Shown here in pieces: positions 12,552 to 26,054 of a stretch of DNA of 64,000 nucleotides. Made by a program: the position numbers and the translations under genes. The notes beneath the pieces were generated by a model. The model made no database searches and had not been told where the DNA came from. It worked only from the letters and a program-made list of their open reading frames with translations. This stretch comes from Piromyces finnis finn (Eukaryota; Fungi; Neocallimastigomycota), in assembly GCA_002104945.1 (NCBI GenBank), contig MCFH01000020.1, forward strand, positions 682,001 through 746,000. Reading direction: 5' to 3'. Each line of letters opens with the position of its first letter. Position 1 is the stretch's first letter.

Positions 12552-13252
12552 CTACATTACTTTATTAAGTCTATAATTTTTAGAAATAATGATAACAATA
12601 ACAATAAAATAATATGCATTAAAATAAATAAAATTACCTTTAAAAAATTCGATTTGCAATATTGTATGTACAAATGTAGAAAAGAATGCACTGTTAAGTT
12701 GAATACTAATTATTACTATTAATTTTGGTTTTATTATATCAAAATAATTTATTAGTAAAAGTAAATTATGACAATGAGATATTAATCAGAAATTTTGCTC
12801 AGATACTTGATTGTAATACTATTTACTATTAGAAAAAATAATAATTACGTTTTTTGATAATTTTAATAGTTATATTGTATTTATGTATATATGTTTATTG
12901 TTTTCTAATAGTTTAATAAAAGTTATATATTTATTAAATGAAAAAAAAAAATATTTCTTTTAGTAATGGTAGAATTACAAAATATATATAACTAGGGAAA
13001 GGAAATTTACACTATTTTTAATTCAAATAACGATTGATAATGTTATTTTTACATTTATCTTTATTAAGAATTTGTAAACTTGATTTATTTTACTAATTTT
13101 TATTTTTTTTTATAATAGTTGAGTGTAAAAAGTAAAGTTTTAAAATTATATAAAATCAAAAAAAAAATTTTTTAAATGGAAAAAAATATATTAAAATAAA
13201 TTTAATTATTGTTTTTTAATAATTTAATTTTTTAAAAAAGTATCCCTTTTAG

Positions 13253-13255
<3 letters not shown>

Positions 13256-13339
<84 letters not shown>
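13256..13339. repeat. (TTA)n microsatellite
   Basis: About 28 perfect TTA units. Confidence 0.97.
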
Positions 13340-13340
<1 letters not shown>

Positions 13341-14172
13341 GATGATGCTGTTAAAGACGATTATTTTGCTATGGATTTATCAAAGTAAAATTTATTTGAA
13401 ATTAAATTTTGAATAGGAAAAAAAAAATTTTTTTTAATCTTTTAATATTTCTTAATTAAAAATATTTTATTATATTTCTATAATAATAGAAAGAAAGAAG
13501 AATTAAAAGTAAGATATTCTTATATATTAAATGACTAAAGATTAAAATAAAATGAAAAAGAAAAAGAATAGAATGAGAAAAAGTATTAATTTTTTTTTTT
13601 TTTAATTTGTAATTGAAAATAAAAAAAAATTATAAATTTTAAAATTTAATTATATTTAATAAAAATTTAAAAATTAATTATTTTTAATATGAATTAAATT
13701 AATAATTATACTTTAATTATCTCTATATTTGATTATATTTCTATACAAATAAAATAGTATAACTAAAACTTCATTTATATTCAAATTTCATTAAATTATC
13801 AATTATCATCATAAAATAAAGATTTTTAAACTATTTTTTATAATTAATAGGATTATAATTCATTTGAAAATTCCTCTTTTTTTCAATTATTCTATATATA
13901 ATTAAATTCTACTTTAATTTCTTCTAATACTTAATTTTTGATTGTACTACATTTTGAAAAAAAAAAATATCTTTCAAGTTTAGTTAATACTTTACCTAAA
14001 CCTTTTTTTTATAAGAAAGCTCAAAAAATATTTATATATTCTTTCTATAATCAATCAAGTTTTCATAATATACTATCTATCCAAAGATTTATAAAATAAT
14101 TGTTTTTTAAATATACACATTCTAATTAATAATTATATAAATATTTTTACTTTTTATTATATTATTATACTC

Positions 14173-14338
14173 TTTTTATAGTAATGACAATAAGGATAAG
14201 AATGATAAAGTATTTTTATAGTAATGACAATAAGAATAAGAATGATAAACTATTTTTATGGTAATGACAATAAGGATAGGAATGATAGAGTATTTTTATG
14301 GTAATGACAATAAGGATAGGTATGATAAAGTATTTTTA
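14173..14338. repeat. 40-bp minisatellite, 4 copies
   Basis: gtaatgacaataaggataagaatgataaagtatttttata repeats at 14181, 14221, 14261 and 14301 with small variants and no spacers. Confidence 0.95.
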
Positions 14339-15266
14339 GTAATTGATTAATATATAAGATCTTTACTTAATTAAGCTTAACTTTATTAACATTTTTGTTT
14401 ATTCATATAAACCTATTTGATAATATATGTAATAATTTATTCACTATATATTATTAATTGGTAATTAAATAAGAATAAATATAATTATATATTTAAATTT
14501 TTATCTATTAATTTTAATTTTAATTTTATTTTTTTTTTGTATACAAAATACATATGTTAAAATAATGTAATAATTGTCAGTACATTATTAAATATTAAAT
14601 ATATTTTTATCATCAGTATTTTAACTTTACTATGTTACTCATCCACCTAATTATTTCATTTAAAATTAAAAAAATGTATATTACATAAAACTATATTTTT
14701 ATTAATAAACATTAATATTATATAATATTGTTTATAATAAAATAAGCATTAGTTAATTATAAAAATTTATCTTTTTTTAAAAAAATATTGCTTCTTCTTA
14801 CTAAATGTTGGTTATTCCTTACAATAGTGGTCTGATTATTGTAGAGAATAAACATTTAAAAAAAGTTGAGTATCATAATCTTTTTCTTCGTAAAGTAACG
14901 TTACTTCTAAAGATGTCCCATTACTATTATCTTTATTATCTTCATCTCATTTTTCATTATCACTGTTATCATTTTCTTCCCTTTCTTCATTAAATGATAT
15001 TATTCTATCATTAATTTTTTTTTTTTTTTTTTTTGTAACGGCATCAAATATTTTTAAACTTTACTATTAATTTAATTAAAATAATAATACATGTAATTAA
15101 AAATTAAAATAAAAATAAAACATTTTTAAATAAACACAAATGAATAAAAATTGGATATAATGTATTCTAGTAATTTTAATTAATGTAAGAAAGCCACTAT
15201 TATACTAAAGTATAATAATTGTATTTGACTTCCAATGGGACACCGAGTCAAAGATCAAAATTTTGA

Positions 15267-15563
15267 ATGTTGAGGTTAAAATTGTGTTTATTGTAGTTCT
15301 GGAATATTTTCATGTTGAAAATCTTGTTGAAGATCTTGTTGAGGTTGAATTTGATTAGATTGATGATATGAATATTGATGAGATTGTTGAATTGATTGTT
15401 GATATTTATTAGAAAATAAAAATTTAAGTCTGAGTGAGGAAAAGGTGTATTTATGATTCCTTTTACTACAAGCTGAAAAAGAAATTGAAGCAATGGAAGT
15501 CCCTTGAGAAACTTCATTTATTAAAATAAATAAAGGCATGTTCCCAAGGGGGGTTATCATCAA
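15267..15563 (-). mobile_element. Degenerate, internally deleted 5' fragment of the same LINE family as the element at 36.4-41.3 kb
   Basis: Minus strand 15563-15500 matches the leader at 36435-36495 (ttgatga..ccc.cttggg.ac.tgcctt.atttattt.aataaatg.agtttctcaaggg). 15499-15267 encodes SISFSACSKRNHKYTFSSLRLKFLFSNKYQQSIQQ...QQDLQQDFQHENIP, versus SISFSARSRRNHKYTFSTLKRKILVSNKHQHSIQQ...QQDLQQVSHHENIP in the full ORF. Confidence 0.85.
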
Positions 15564-16262
15564 TTTTATCTTATTTCCCATCTTCATTAAATGAGGATTC
15601 TTCTAAAAATATGTCATTATTTTTATTTTCTTCTTTAGTAATTTTTTACCGAGAAAGGTAATTATTTTAAGGTTTACTAAAATTATAATCTAATTCAATC
15701 AATTTTTCCACATAATAATTCTTTTTTTTTTTTTTTTCTAAAATTTTAAGAATTTAAATCTATAATGTATATAATATTAATATAAGTAAAATGTAAGCAG
15801 TAGAAAAAAGATTATAAAATTTATTTATTAATAGTGAATTTAAAAAATAAAAAATAAAAAAGTTATAAAGTATATATAATTTTGAACATTTATTATTTAT
15901 TACTAATGATAATTAAATAAATCATTTTTTTCTTGTTTAACTGATAATATCAAATAAGAATATTTAATATGATTTGTTTATTATTTTTGAAAAAAAATAA
16001 AATAAACATATTAGAAACACAAGATTAAAAAAATTAAAAAATAATAATTTTTTATATATATTTTTGATTTTTATTTATTTTATTTACAAGTCTTTTATAA
16101 TTATTAAAGCAATGAATATATAGTTAAATTTATAATGCATAAATTGATAGTATAATTGATATATATTAAAATTAATTTAATAATGGTAATCGAAAAATAC
16201 ATGAATAAATAATAGGAATAATTTATTTATTCAATATAATAAACATGGTTTAATTAAAAAAT

Positions 16263-16925
16263 TTATTGAATTTGAATAAAACGAGTTTGATTTTTTTGAG
16301 TTTTAATTTTATTAATAATTATTTCTAGAACACCATTTTCCATTTTTGCTTGAATATTATCGATATTACCATCTTCTGGAATAGTAAATGATCTAGAAAA
16401 ACTACCATAGCAACATTCCATCATACTATATTTGTGATTATTATTACGATCATTAATTTCAGCTTCCATTCCATCATTTGTTGTTGTTGTTGTTGAAGCT
16501 TGTTCTTTTTCATTTTCTTGTCTTTCTTTTTTAGATTTTTCATCAGCATTATTTTTATAGATATTTTCTCTTTCTCCTGAAATTGTTAAAGTTCTTTCTT
16601 CATCAATTTCCATCTTAATTTTATCCTTAGTCATCCCTGGTAAATCGGCATGAATATAATAATTATTTTCATCTTCACTAAGATTCATTTTAGGTTCAAA
16701 ATCAGTTAAAAATTTAGTGTCATCATTAAATATTTTATTCAATTGTTTTTCTAAAGTATCATAGCCAAATGAATTTCTATATCTACGATGTCCACTACGA
16801 GTATAAAATGGTGTATTATAAGAAGAAACAGGAATCAAAGAGTCAAAGAAAGCATCATTATCGAAAGCATCGAATAATGAATTTTCAAATGAATGAATTG
16901 GTTGAGAATAAATATATAAAGACAT
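16263..16925 (-). CDS. hsp20: Small heat-shock protein (Hsp20 / alpha-crystallin domain), 220 aa
   Basis: FEPKMNLSEDENNYYIHADLPGMTKDKIKMEIDEERTLTISGER...YGSFSRSFTIPE...IQAKMENGVLEI; single exon. Confidence 0.95.
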   Translation of the reverse strand: MSLYIYSQPIHSFENSLFDAFDNDAFFDSLIPVSSYNTPFYTRSGHRRYRNSFGYDTLEKQLNKIFNDDTKFLTDFEPKMNLSEDENNYYIHADLPGMTKDKIKMEIDEERTLTISGERENIYKNNADEKSKKERQENEKEQASTTTTTNDGMEAEINDRNNNHKYSMMECCYGSFSRSFTIPEDGNIDNIQAKMENGVLEIIINKIKTQKNQTRFIQIQ

Positions 16926-17240
16926 TTTTAAAATTTTCTTTTAATATTAATTTATGAATTTATGAATTTATTAATAGTATTTGATTGAATTTAACTTTTG
17001 TAATTATTTAGTTGTTATTTTATAGATTTATTTCTTTTATAGAAATTTATAATTTATTTATTAATAAAGGTTAATATAATATATGATAAAAAAAAGTTTT
17101 TAAAGAATATTTAGGCCTATATATAGTTTTTTTTATTATTATATATTATTGAACTATATTATCTATATAGACAAAGATTGTGATTTCCCTTTGCATAAAG
17201 CCAACTTTAATAATTATTAATAATAATAAAACATAATTAA

Positions 17241-17340
17241 TGTAGAGTTATATAGAATAATGTAGAATATTGTAGAATAATGTAGAACAATATTGAATTG
17301 GAAATATTAATGTAGAAAAATATAGAAAAATGTAGCAAAA
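17241..17340. promoter_or_regulatory. Putative step-type heat-shock element array (GAA at 10-bp periodicity) upstream of hsp20
   Basis: GAA at 17255, 17265, 17275, 17285, 17295, 17315 and 17325 within a tgtagaa-based decamer repeat. A TATATATA element lies at about 17118-17125, between the array and the ATG. Confidence 0.55.
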
Positions 17341-18196
17341 TTTAAATTATTTAGAATTGAATCTGATACTTGCAAAGTTCTTTCCATTCTCTTGAATAGT
17401 AATTGATATTGTTAAAACCTCTTCCTTAAAAAAAAAAAAATAAAAAAAATAAAGGAAAATTGAAGGTGATTGTTATAACAAAGGAAACATTTAGAATATT
17501 CATGATAACGTTAAATACTAAAACTATCAAATAATCTGTTTCATAAATGATAGGAATAAATTTAATAACAGAAGTTATAAAACCTTCTGAATAAAGCGTA
17601 ATATCATTATAATATCTGTGTTCCGTCTTATTAATTACTTAGATTTAATTATAAATTAAAATTCTATCAAAAAGAAACATAAAATCATAACATCACTTTT
17701 TCAAAAGGTTAAGTGATATAAAAAAATCTATATTATTTGTTTTGCTTTTAACCCTTATATCATTATAAATATAATAAAAATACCAAAAAATCATTATGTT
17801 TGCTAACAGTACTGATAATCTCTAATTAATTTAATACTTAGTATGAGATTTAATAATTATCCTAAATGGGTTAGCACTTTTAAAATTTTTCTCATCTTTA
17901 CCTTTTTTATCATTATTGAATTAATTTTATTTTGCAATACGTTCTATTAAAATAAAAATAATATTATTAAAAATACACCCATATTAAAATTTTATTTATA
18001 AACGCATTATATATTGATTTTTTTTATATTCTTTTTTATTATTTTTTGATTTATTTATTTTTTATTATTTCTGAATTTTTTTAACTTTTTTTTTTTTTTT
18101 AAAAAATAAATACAATTTTTTTTACGATAAAATCATATATTATTTAATGTTTTTTTTTTAAATGTATAATACAAGAACTTTGTCAATTTATTCAAA

Positions 18197-19201
18197 TTAA
18201 CCAGTCATTCTTAAGACCTTATCTAAAACAACATCATGAGATGTTTCAGATAAATCAGTACATTGAATTTCAGTGAAGATACCATCTAACTTCTTACGAA
18301 TGTATTCCTTACTAGCAGCAAACATCATCTTATCCTTGATTCTGGCATTATCTGGAGACCAAATGTAGAAAAGAATCTTGTCACGCATACCTTCATTTGG
18401 AATTTCATATTCGAAATCGTAAACAGCGAAACGGCACTTGTCAGCTGGAAGACTAGCAACAAAGTCATCATAATCTTTACTTTCAGAGAATTTATCAACT
18501 ATAATTTCAGTAAGATCATCAGAGATTCTGAAAGTGATGAACTTGTACTTCTTTCTAAGCTTTAATTCTTGATATGTATCATAGCATTGACTGTTAACAC
18601 TTACACCTGTGGCCTACAATTTTCAAAATAAAGAATTTATTATTAATTTAGATTATTATTTCTTTTCCTTTTTATTTAATAGATAATTCAATTTAATTAT
18701 ATACAAAATCCCAAAACTAAAGCTTATTATATTTATATTCATTTACTTTAAATACTACTACTTTGTTCCATATAAAATAAAATGTTTAATTATCTAATAT
18801 TTATATAAGTATTTCTGTTTATATTTCTTTTTTTTCTTTTATAATGTTATTTTTAGTTTTATTATGATTAAATGGATTATTTTTTTTTTTACATTTTACC
18901 ACTTAATTTTTCTTTAATTATGTTTATTCTCTATTAAAGTATTCTTTTTTTTTAGTTATATTTTTTTAATTTTTATTTTTATTATTTATATGTTTTACGT
19001 TTTACATATTATTATAATTCTAATTATCCTAATTATTATACAATGTTTCTTTTATATATATGTATATATATTAAAATCTTTTTAAAGTTAATTATTTATG
19101 TCACTATTTTGCTGTTGTATATATTGTTTTCTTATTCAATATAATTTTTGTTTTCTTTATTTGAATTATTTCTTCCTTTTTATCTATTAAAAACTTACCA
19201 T
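18197..19201 (-). CDS. cof1: Cofilin / actin-depolymerizing factor, 139 aa
   Basis: Exon 1 is ATG only (19201-19199, followed by gtaagt). Exon 2 (18613-18197) reads ATGVSVNSQCYDTYQELKLRKKYKFITFRIS...CRFAVYDFEY...KILFYIWSPDNARIKDKMMFAASKEYIRKKLDGI. Confidence 0.93.
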
Positions 19202-21698
19202 TTTTTATTTTTTTCTTTTTTTAAAAAAAAAAATATAAATTAAAAAATAAAAATATTACATTTTTTTTTCTTTTTAAAGGATTTTTTTAATTTATATAAT
19301 TTTAATTAAAGATATTAGGAAATTAATATGACTATACAAATTTAAAATAATAAAATTATTAAAATTAAAATGAAAAAAAATATGTTTTAAAATCTAGCTA
19401 TATTTATAAAAAGCATTAAACTAAATATATTGAAAAAAGTTAAATAACTAAAAAAAAAAAAAAAAAAAAGACTAGTATAGTATTTATTTTAAAAAGTTTA
19501 TAGTATATAATGATATAGAAAATATATAAATCAAAGTTAAGATATAAATTATATATTTAAGTTTGTATTATTATACAAATATATAAACAACTCTTTTGTA
19601 TTATTAAAAATAGCTAAAATTTATTTTTGAAAAAATTCTATTTTAAGATTATGTTAAGAATAAAGAAAAAAGGTTTAGATTACATTGTCATCTTAGTATA
19701 TAAAATATAATATAATATAAAAAATATGTGATAAAATATTTAAGACATGTAAAACTTTCTTATTTCTTTTTTTTTTTTTTTTTAATTATATAAATAAATG
19801 TTTATATTTATATTAATAGCAAAAAAAAGATAAAGATTTATATTAATTTAAAATTTAAAACTATTTTTTAATTATAAATATTAAAATTTATTTAAAAGAA
19901 ATAAACTTCAATTTAATATATATTAGCAGTATAATATAATAAATATAAAAATTAAAAATAAAGAATATGTCAATTAATTAAAAAAAAAGATTAATTAATT
20001 AAATTTTTATATAAATAAGGAAATAATTAAATAATATATTTATATATTTTATTTTAGGTATATTTCATTATATTTGATAATATAATAGGAAATAAAAATT
20101 CAAAAAAGATCTTTATTTAGTTAAAATGAAGAAAAGTTATAAAAAAAGAGTATGTTAAAATATAATTATAATATATATACTTATTTATTATGCTTATAAT
20201 AAAATGAAAAAAATAAGTAATATGATATTGAAAACAGATAATAATAAAAAGAGATTATAAATAAACAAAGCAATTTATTTATTTACTTTATAATAAAAAA
20301 AATGCTCTAGCATTTTTCTTTCCTTTTTGATATTAATAATGAGAAAAATTAAAAAAAAAAAGGAATATGTTCTTAAATAATTAATAATATGAAATTATTT
20401 TTAAAACATTAAAATCATTCATTCTAGCTTTTTATAGTACTATTAAAAATAAAAATAATGAATCTATAGCAACAGAATAAAAATAGTAATAATAGAAATT
20501 TTATAATGCTACTAAAAAATAATAATCTTATTTAATTATAAATCTTATTTAAATATTTTTTTTTTTAATGAAAACAAAGGTATATATGTATATATTGCAT
20601 GTAATGTTTATTTAAAATTTTTTAAAATGTAAAATAATAATTTTATTATATAATATTATTATATATAAATTATTATTTTCAAGCCTTTTTTTTTTCCATT
20701 CTAATTTTCATAAAAGATTCTACAATAATATATAAGCATGTTTTCAATAAAACTTTATATATTATTTGATACTTTTTTAAAATTATTAAATTTGACAATA
20801 TGATCATCTATGATTATTTTTATTTCCAATATAGTTATTATTATTAATATAATTACAACATTGTGTTATATATATTTAAATAATGTAAAGTTTTAACACT
20901 AGTAAGTCCAGTTAAAGCATTATAGATATTCAAATATATTAAAAGTTATAATAATAAAATTAAAAAAAAGTTTGGTAAAATTCAGCCATAATATGATTCA
21001 AATTCACTATTCTTCTGGTGCTATTTTTATTATTTAATAGTAATATACATAAATTGTGGCATAACATATTGTTTTATTATTATTTTAATTTATAATAATT
21101 TACAATTTAATATATGTTTTTTTTTTTATTTATTATAAAAAGTTATTTTATATATAAATTTTTTTTCCCTATCTTTCTAATTAAACAGACATAATTGTTA
21201 TCGAATATTATAATTAATAAAGTATATATTTAATAAAGAAAAAAAAAGAAAAAAAAAAAGAAAATCGTCCAAAAAATAAATATATTAAATACAAAAAATA
21301 TAATAATATCCAATTCTTAAAATGTTAATATTATTGAAATACTTTTTTATCAGTTTCATCAATAATAAATAATTTTATTAAAATGTATTTTCATATACTT
21401 TATAAATACATTAATAATACATAATGTAATAGAACATCTTTACCATAGTTGTAATTATTAAAATATTTTTTTTTAATTTCATAGATAAGATGAAAGTAAT
21501 TAATCGCATTATATCTTTCAACTTTTTAAAATAATAAATTACCTTTGTTTATGTTTTTTTATTTTCATTCTTTATCTCGTTGTTGAAAAATAAATATTAA
21601 ATTATTTATAATTATAATCACCGTTGATACATTAATATGTATAAAATGAAAATTCTTTACATGAATAAAATATATATTGTTTTTATTAAATATGAATA

Positions 21699-21700
<2 letters not shown>

Positions 21701-21762
<62 letters not shown>

Positions 21763-21867
21763 GTAATAGTAATAGTAGTAATAGTAATAGTAATAATAGT
21801 AGTAATAGTAATAGTAATAATAGTAATATTAATAGTAGTAGTAGTAATAGTAATAATAGTAGTAGTA
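21701..21867. repeat. (TAA)n microsatellite grading into mixed TAG/TAA
   Basis: Pure TAA at 21701-21760, then tagtaa/tagtag units. Confidence 0.95.
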
Positions 21868-23639
21868 AATATTGTTATAATCCTTATAAATATAATAAAT
21901 AAAATATATATTAATTAAAATTGTAAAGATATAATCCCTATCATATTATAAAATAAATTTGTTATCTGACATAAAATAATGAGTTATTTAATTGTATTAA
22001 ATGTCATTGGTGAAATATAAAACAGCAAATATATTTAAAGTTTGTATGTTTTCTGTGTTTTCTTTCAAGATTATGGGTAGTAGGTGTTGATTATTAGAAA
22101 GATTTATCCAATAGTGATTATACTATTTAAGTATTATATCACAATATGAATATTTCAAATGAGTAATATATATTTTGAATAATGTATTAGATAAATTATT
22201 AATTAATTTTACTTCTTTTCTAATAAATCGATAATTAATAAATTTTAAATGAGTATAAATTAACATAATTTTAATTATTATACTTTTTTTTTTTATTTTT
22301 ATATATTCCTATTCAACTCTAAATACTAATGAATTGATTATAAATTTTATTATAATTTCGTTTTTTTTTTTTTTTTGTTATTTTGTTTTTTTTTTTTAAA
22401 TGTAAGACTTTTTTTCTGTTCATTCATATATTATATTTAGTATTGTATTTAGTTTTATATATTAAGATTATATGATTTAACTAAGGTAGAACCTATCATC
22501 CATTTTCAATAATTATATATTACATTTAATTAGTGAAATTATTAATAAAAATAATGGATAATTAACAGCCATTTATTTATTTATTTAAAAAGTCAAGGAC
22601 CTATAATTAATATCGTATTAATTATACTATTGTATTATGAATTTCATTTAATATCTATATTATTAATTTATTTTATTTATTTAGTATATATATATATAGG
22701 CTTCATTTTCTTTTTTTTTTTTTTTTTTTATATCTTTTAAAAATCGTTTTTTTTTAATAAAATAATAAACCATTAGTGTAAGATTACAGGATACTATTAA
22801 AATATTTAAAAAAAACAGTAATACTATTAAACTTTTTTTTTCTTTGATAATTGTATAATATATGTTTTTTTTTTTTACATTGTGATATATATTTAAAAGG
22901 AAGGATTTAAATACATCAACAAAAATAGAAATAAGAATTTTGGTCATTTAAAATATAATTTACAGAAATATTAATATTAATACTCGAGAAGTGAAAATAA
23001 AAATTGTATATTAACTAATTATATCCAATAAAATATATCAATTAATGTATATTACAAAGTAAAAAGTATAAAAGTAATTATCGATAATTGATAATATACA
23101 GTATTAATAATATTTACAATATACAAACTAGAGAATCAAAATATACAAAGAGATAAAAGAGCTATAAAAGTTAATAAATATTAAACACACTAAAATTTTT
23201 AATAATAATAAACAAAAAAAATTAAAACCTAATACATACATTTTCAATAACTCTTTTTTTTTCTTTAGTATTTTTTTATTTTAATATTAGCTTTTTTTTT
23301 AAAAAAAAAAAATAAATAACAATATTAAGATAATATAGTTTATTCAAATTAATATTTTTTAAAATGTATATTAAAAAAATATTAATAAATATATTAAATA
23401 TGCAAAATTCTTTATAAATATAAAAGGATATATTTAAAATTATATTAAAATTATATTAAATAAAATTTTATTTATTGTTTCTGTTTTTTTTTTTTTTTTT
23501 TTTTTTTTGTTATTTTTTTTTATATTATTATAATTATACTTTTATATTTTACTAATAACAAAATTATTAACAATTACCAAATATCATATATTAGTATAAA
23601 TTTATATCTCTTATTCAATATTTATAACTCCTTATAACA

Positions 23640-24780
23640 ATGGCAAGACAAACTAATAAGGTAAAAATCATAATACAAAATATATGTTTTTTGAGTTCAA
23701 CTAATGAATCTTTAATTTCAATTCAATTTTAACATAATAATATAATAAAATTGGAAACTAATTAAAAAAAAAAACATTATTGTCTTTTATTATAAAATGA
23801 AAATGTAGAAATCCAAAAACAGCAAAAGAAAGGGTTCTAATTCCAATTTAAAGGTATTCCACACATAACCCAAACTATTTTTTATTTATATAAGTAAATC
23901 AGGAAGTTCAAAATTAACAGTAAAATTATTTATAAATGTCACAGCAAAAAATTATTTCACCAACCCAATCCACTGAAAATGTTGTTTCTTCATCTGTACA
24001 ATCTAACGTATAATATTATTGTTTTATTATTAATTTTAAGCTATTTTTAATTGTTAATTAATTTTAAATAAAAAATAAACTCTTTTACATTTTATTAAAA
24101 ATAACATTTTATTATTATATTTTAACAAAACAAAATAAAACAAAAAAAAAAAAAACATTATTAAAGTCTATTGAAAATGTCCAAGTAAGTTTATTTTTTC
24201 TTTTTCTTTTAAAAAATATAAGTAAAATAAAATCAATTTATTTTTTTAAAATAATTAAACATTTATGCATTAATTATTAGAAAACAAAGAAATTAATATT
24301 TTATATATTATATATATATATGTATAATTTTTATGATATAGAATTTAGGTAAAAATAATGATAATAAATTGAACTGATGAAATTTTAAAAAAGGTTTATT
24401 AATATATATTTATTACCAAAATTTATGTATATATAGACAGTAGTATAATCAATCCAGAAACTCTTGATATAATCAATCCAGAAACTCTTGATAATTTTGA
24501 CAATTTAACTAAATTAAATACAATGCCTCAAAACGATAAACCAGCATCATATGAAATTACCACAACTTATAAAACTGAGATTATTGAAAGTTCTATTGAC
24601 CCAGAAACCGGTGATATTATTGAAGTAATTACCGAAGTTTATGTTACTGACACCATGGTTTTATCTAAACAAGAAGAAGAATTTACTCTTATTAGTCCTT
24701 CAACACAAGATTTAGCATTAGAAGAAGTTCTTAAACAATTAAATATGGGAACTGAAATATGTAAAGAATTATTAGGATAA
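23640..24780 (+). CDS. Small multi-exon hypothetical protein (about 165 aa; one internal junction uncertain)
   Basis: Phase-compatible GT-AG exons 23640-23660 (MARQTNK), 23809-23853, 23945-24007, 24167-24184 and 24437-24780 (last exon includes ORF 24523-24780). The link into the last exon needs phase 1, either a 7-nt microexon at 24342-24348 or an alternative donor at 24189. No recognisable domain. Confidence 0.55.
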
Positions 24781-25377
24781 AAAATTTTTAACAAACAAAG
24801 CATTATTAATGAACCACACGAATATCACCATTAATTCATTATAATTAATTTATTATAATACTCATTTTAAAAATATTAAAAAATATAATCCTATATTATA
24901 TTTTTATTCATATACTATATTATTGTTAAAAAAAAAAGATACCTCTTTAAAAATATTTATTTTAATATTACTTTCTAAATTATTTAATTATATTTATATA
25001 TATATTTATTAAAACTATACACCTGTTTATATCATAATTTTTAAAGAATGTTTATCTTTTTAATATATTATTAATATTATTATTCATATTTTTCATCTTT
25101 TTTTTTATATAATAATAAAATAAAAGATAATTATAAATTTCTAATTGTTCTAATATTTTATTTCTTTTTTTTTTAAAAAAAAATATATTGGATATGCACT
25201 TCATTTTTATGATAATATATATAGAATATATCAAATAAAAAGTCATATTATAAATCATTAATTCTTTAGTGTTGCTTTGATAACTGTAAAAAAGTTTAAA
25301 TTATCGAAAAATATTAATATCAAAATAAACTTTTTTTTTTTGATGTTTTGATTATATTTAGGTATTATGTTTTGTTG

Positions 25378-25623
<246 letters not shown>

Positions 25624-25939
25624 TAAGGATAAGGATAAAGAAGGTATGACAGTTATTAATAAAATAATTAAAATATTTTAATAATAAAGCGTTTTTGTTT
25701 AAAGTTTAAAGAGGCCACTTTCAACCTTCCATATTAAGAAAAAAAAAATTTTTTTCCCCGATTAAGTGGTAATTCCATTTTTGTAATACATTATGTGACG
25801 TACATTTTAAGCTCGTATACATTAATATTATTGATAAAATATTTTCTGCCATTAAACCAATATATATAATTAAAAAAAAAAAGTAAAAGTAACAATAATT
25901 TTATTATATAATATTAATAAAAATGAATAAGCTATATAT

Positions 25940-26054
25940 GTGCAATATGCGTTCAAAGATTCGATGATTCACGTATTCTGCAATTCACACTACTTATCGT
26001 ATTTTGCTGCGTTCTTCATCGTTGCGAGAACCAAGAGATCCATTGTCAAAAGTT
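25940..26054 (-). rRNA. 5.8S rRNA: 5.8S rRNA, 3'-truncated dispersed copy (pseudogene)
   Basis: Reverse complement reads aacttttgacaatggatctcttggttctcgcaacgatgaagaacgcagcaaaatacgataagtagtgtgaattgcagaatacgtgaatcatcgaatctttgaacgcatattgcac, the fungal 5.8S core. It stops after 115 nt, and no 18S or 28S sequence flanks it. Confidence 0.95.

Noticed and set aside
14173-14338. 40-bp repeat as a CRISPR array
   Set aside because: Head-to-tail tandem units with no unique spacers and no cas genes, in a eukaryotic context.
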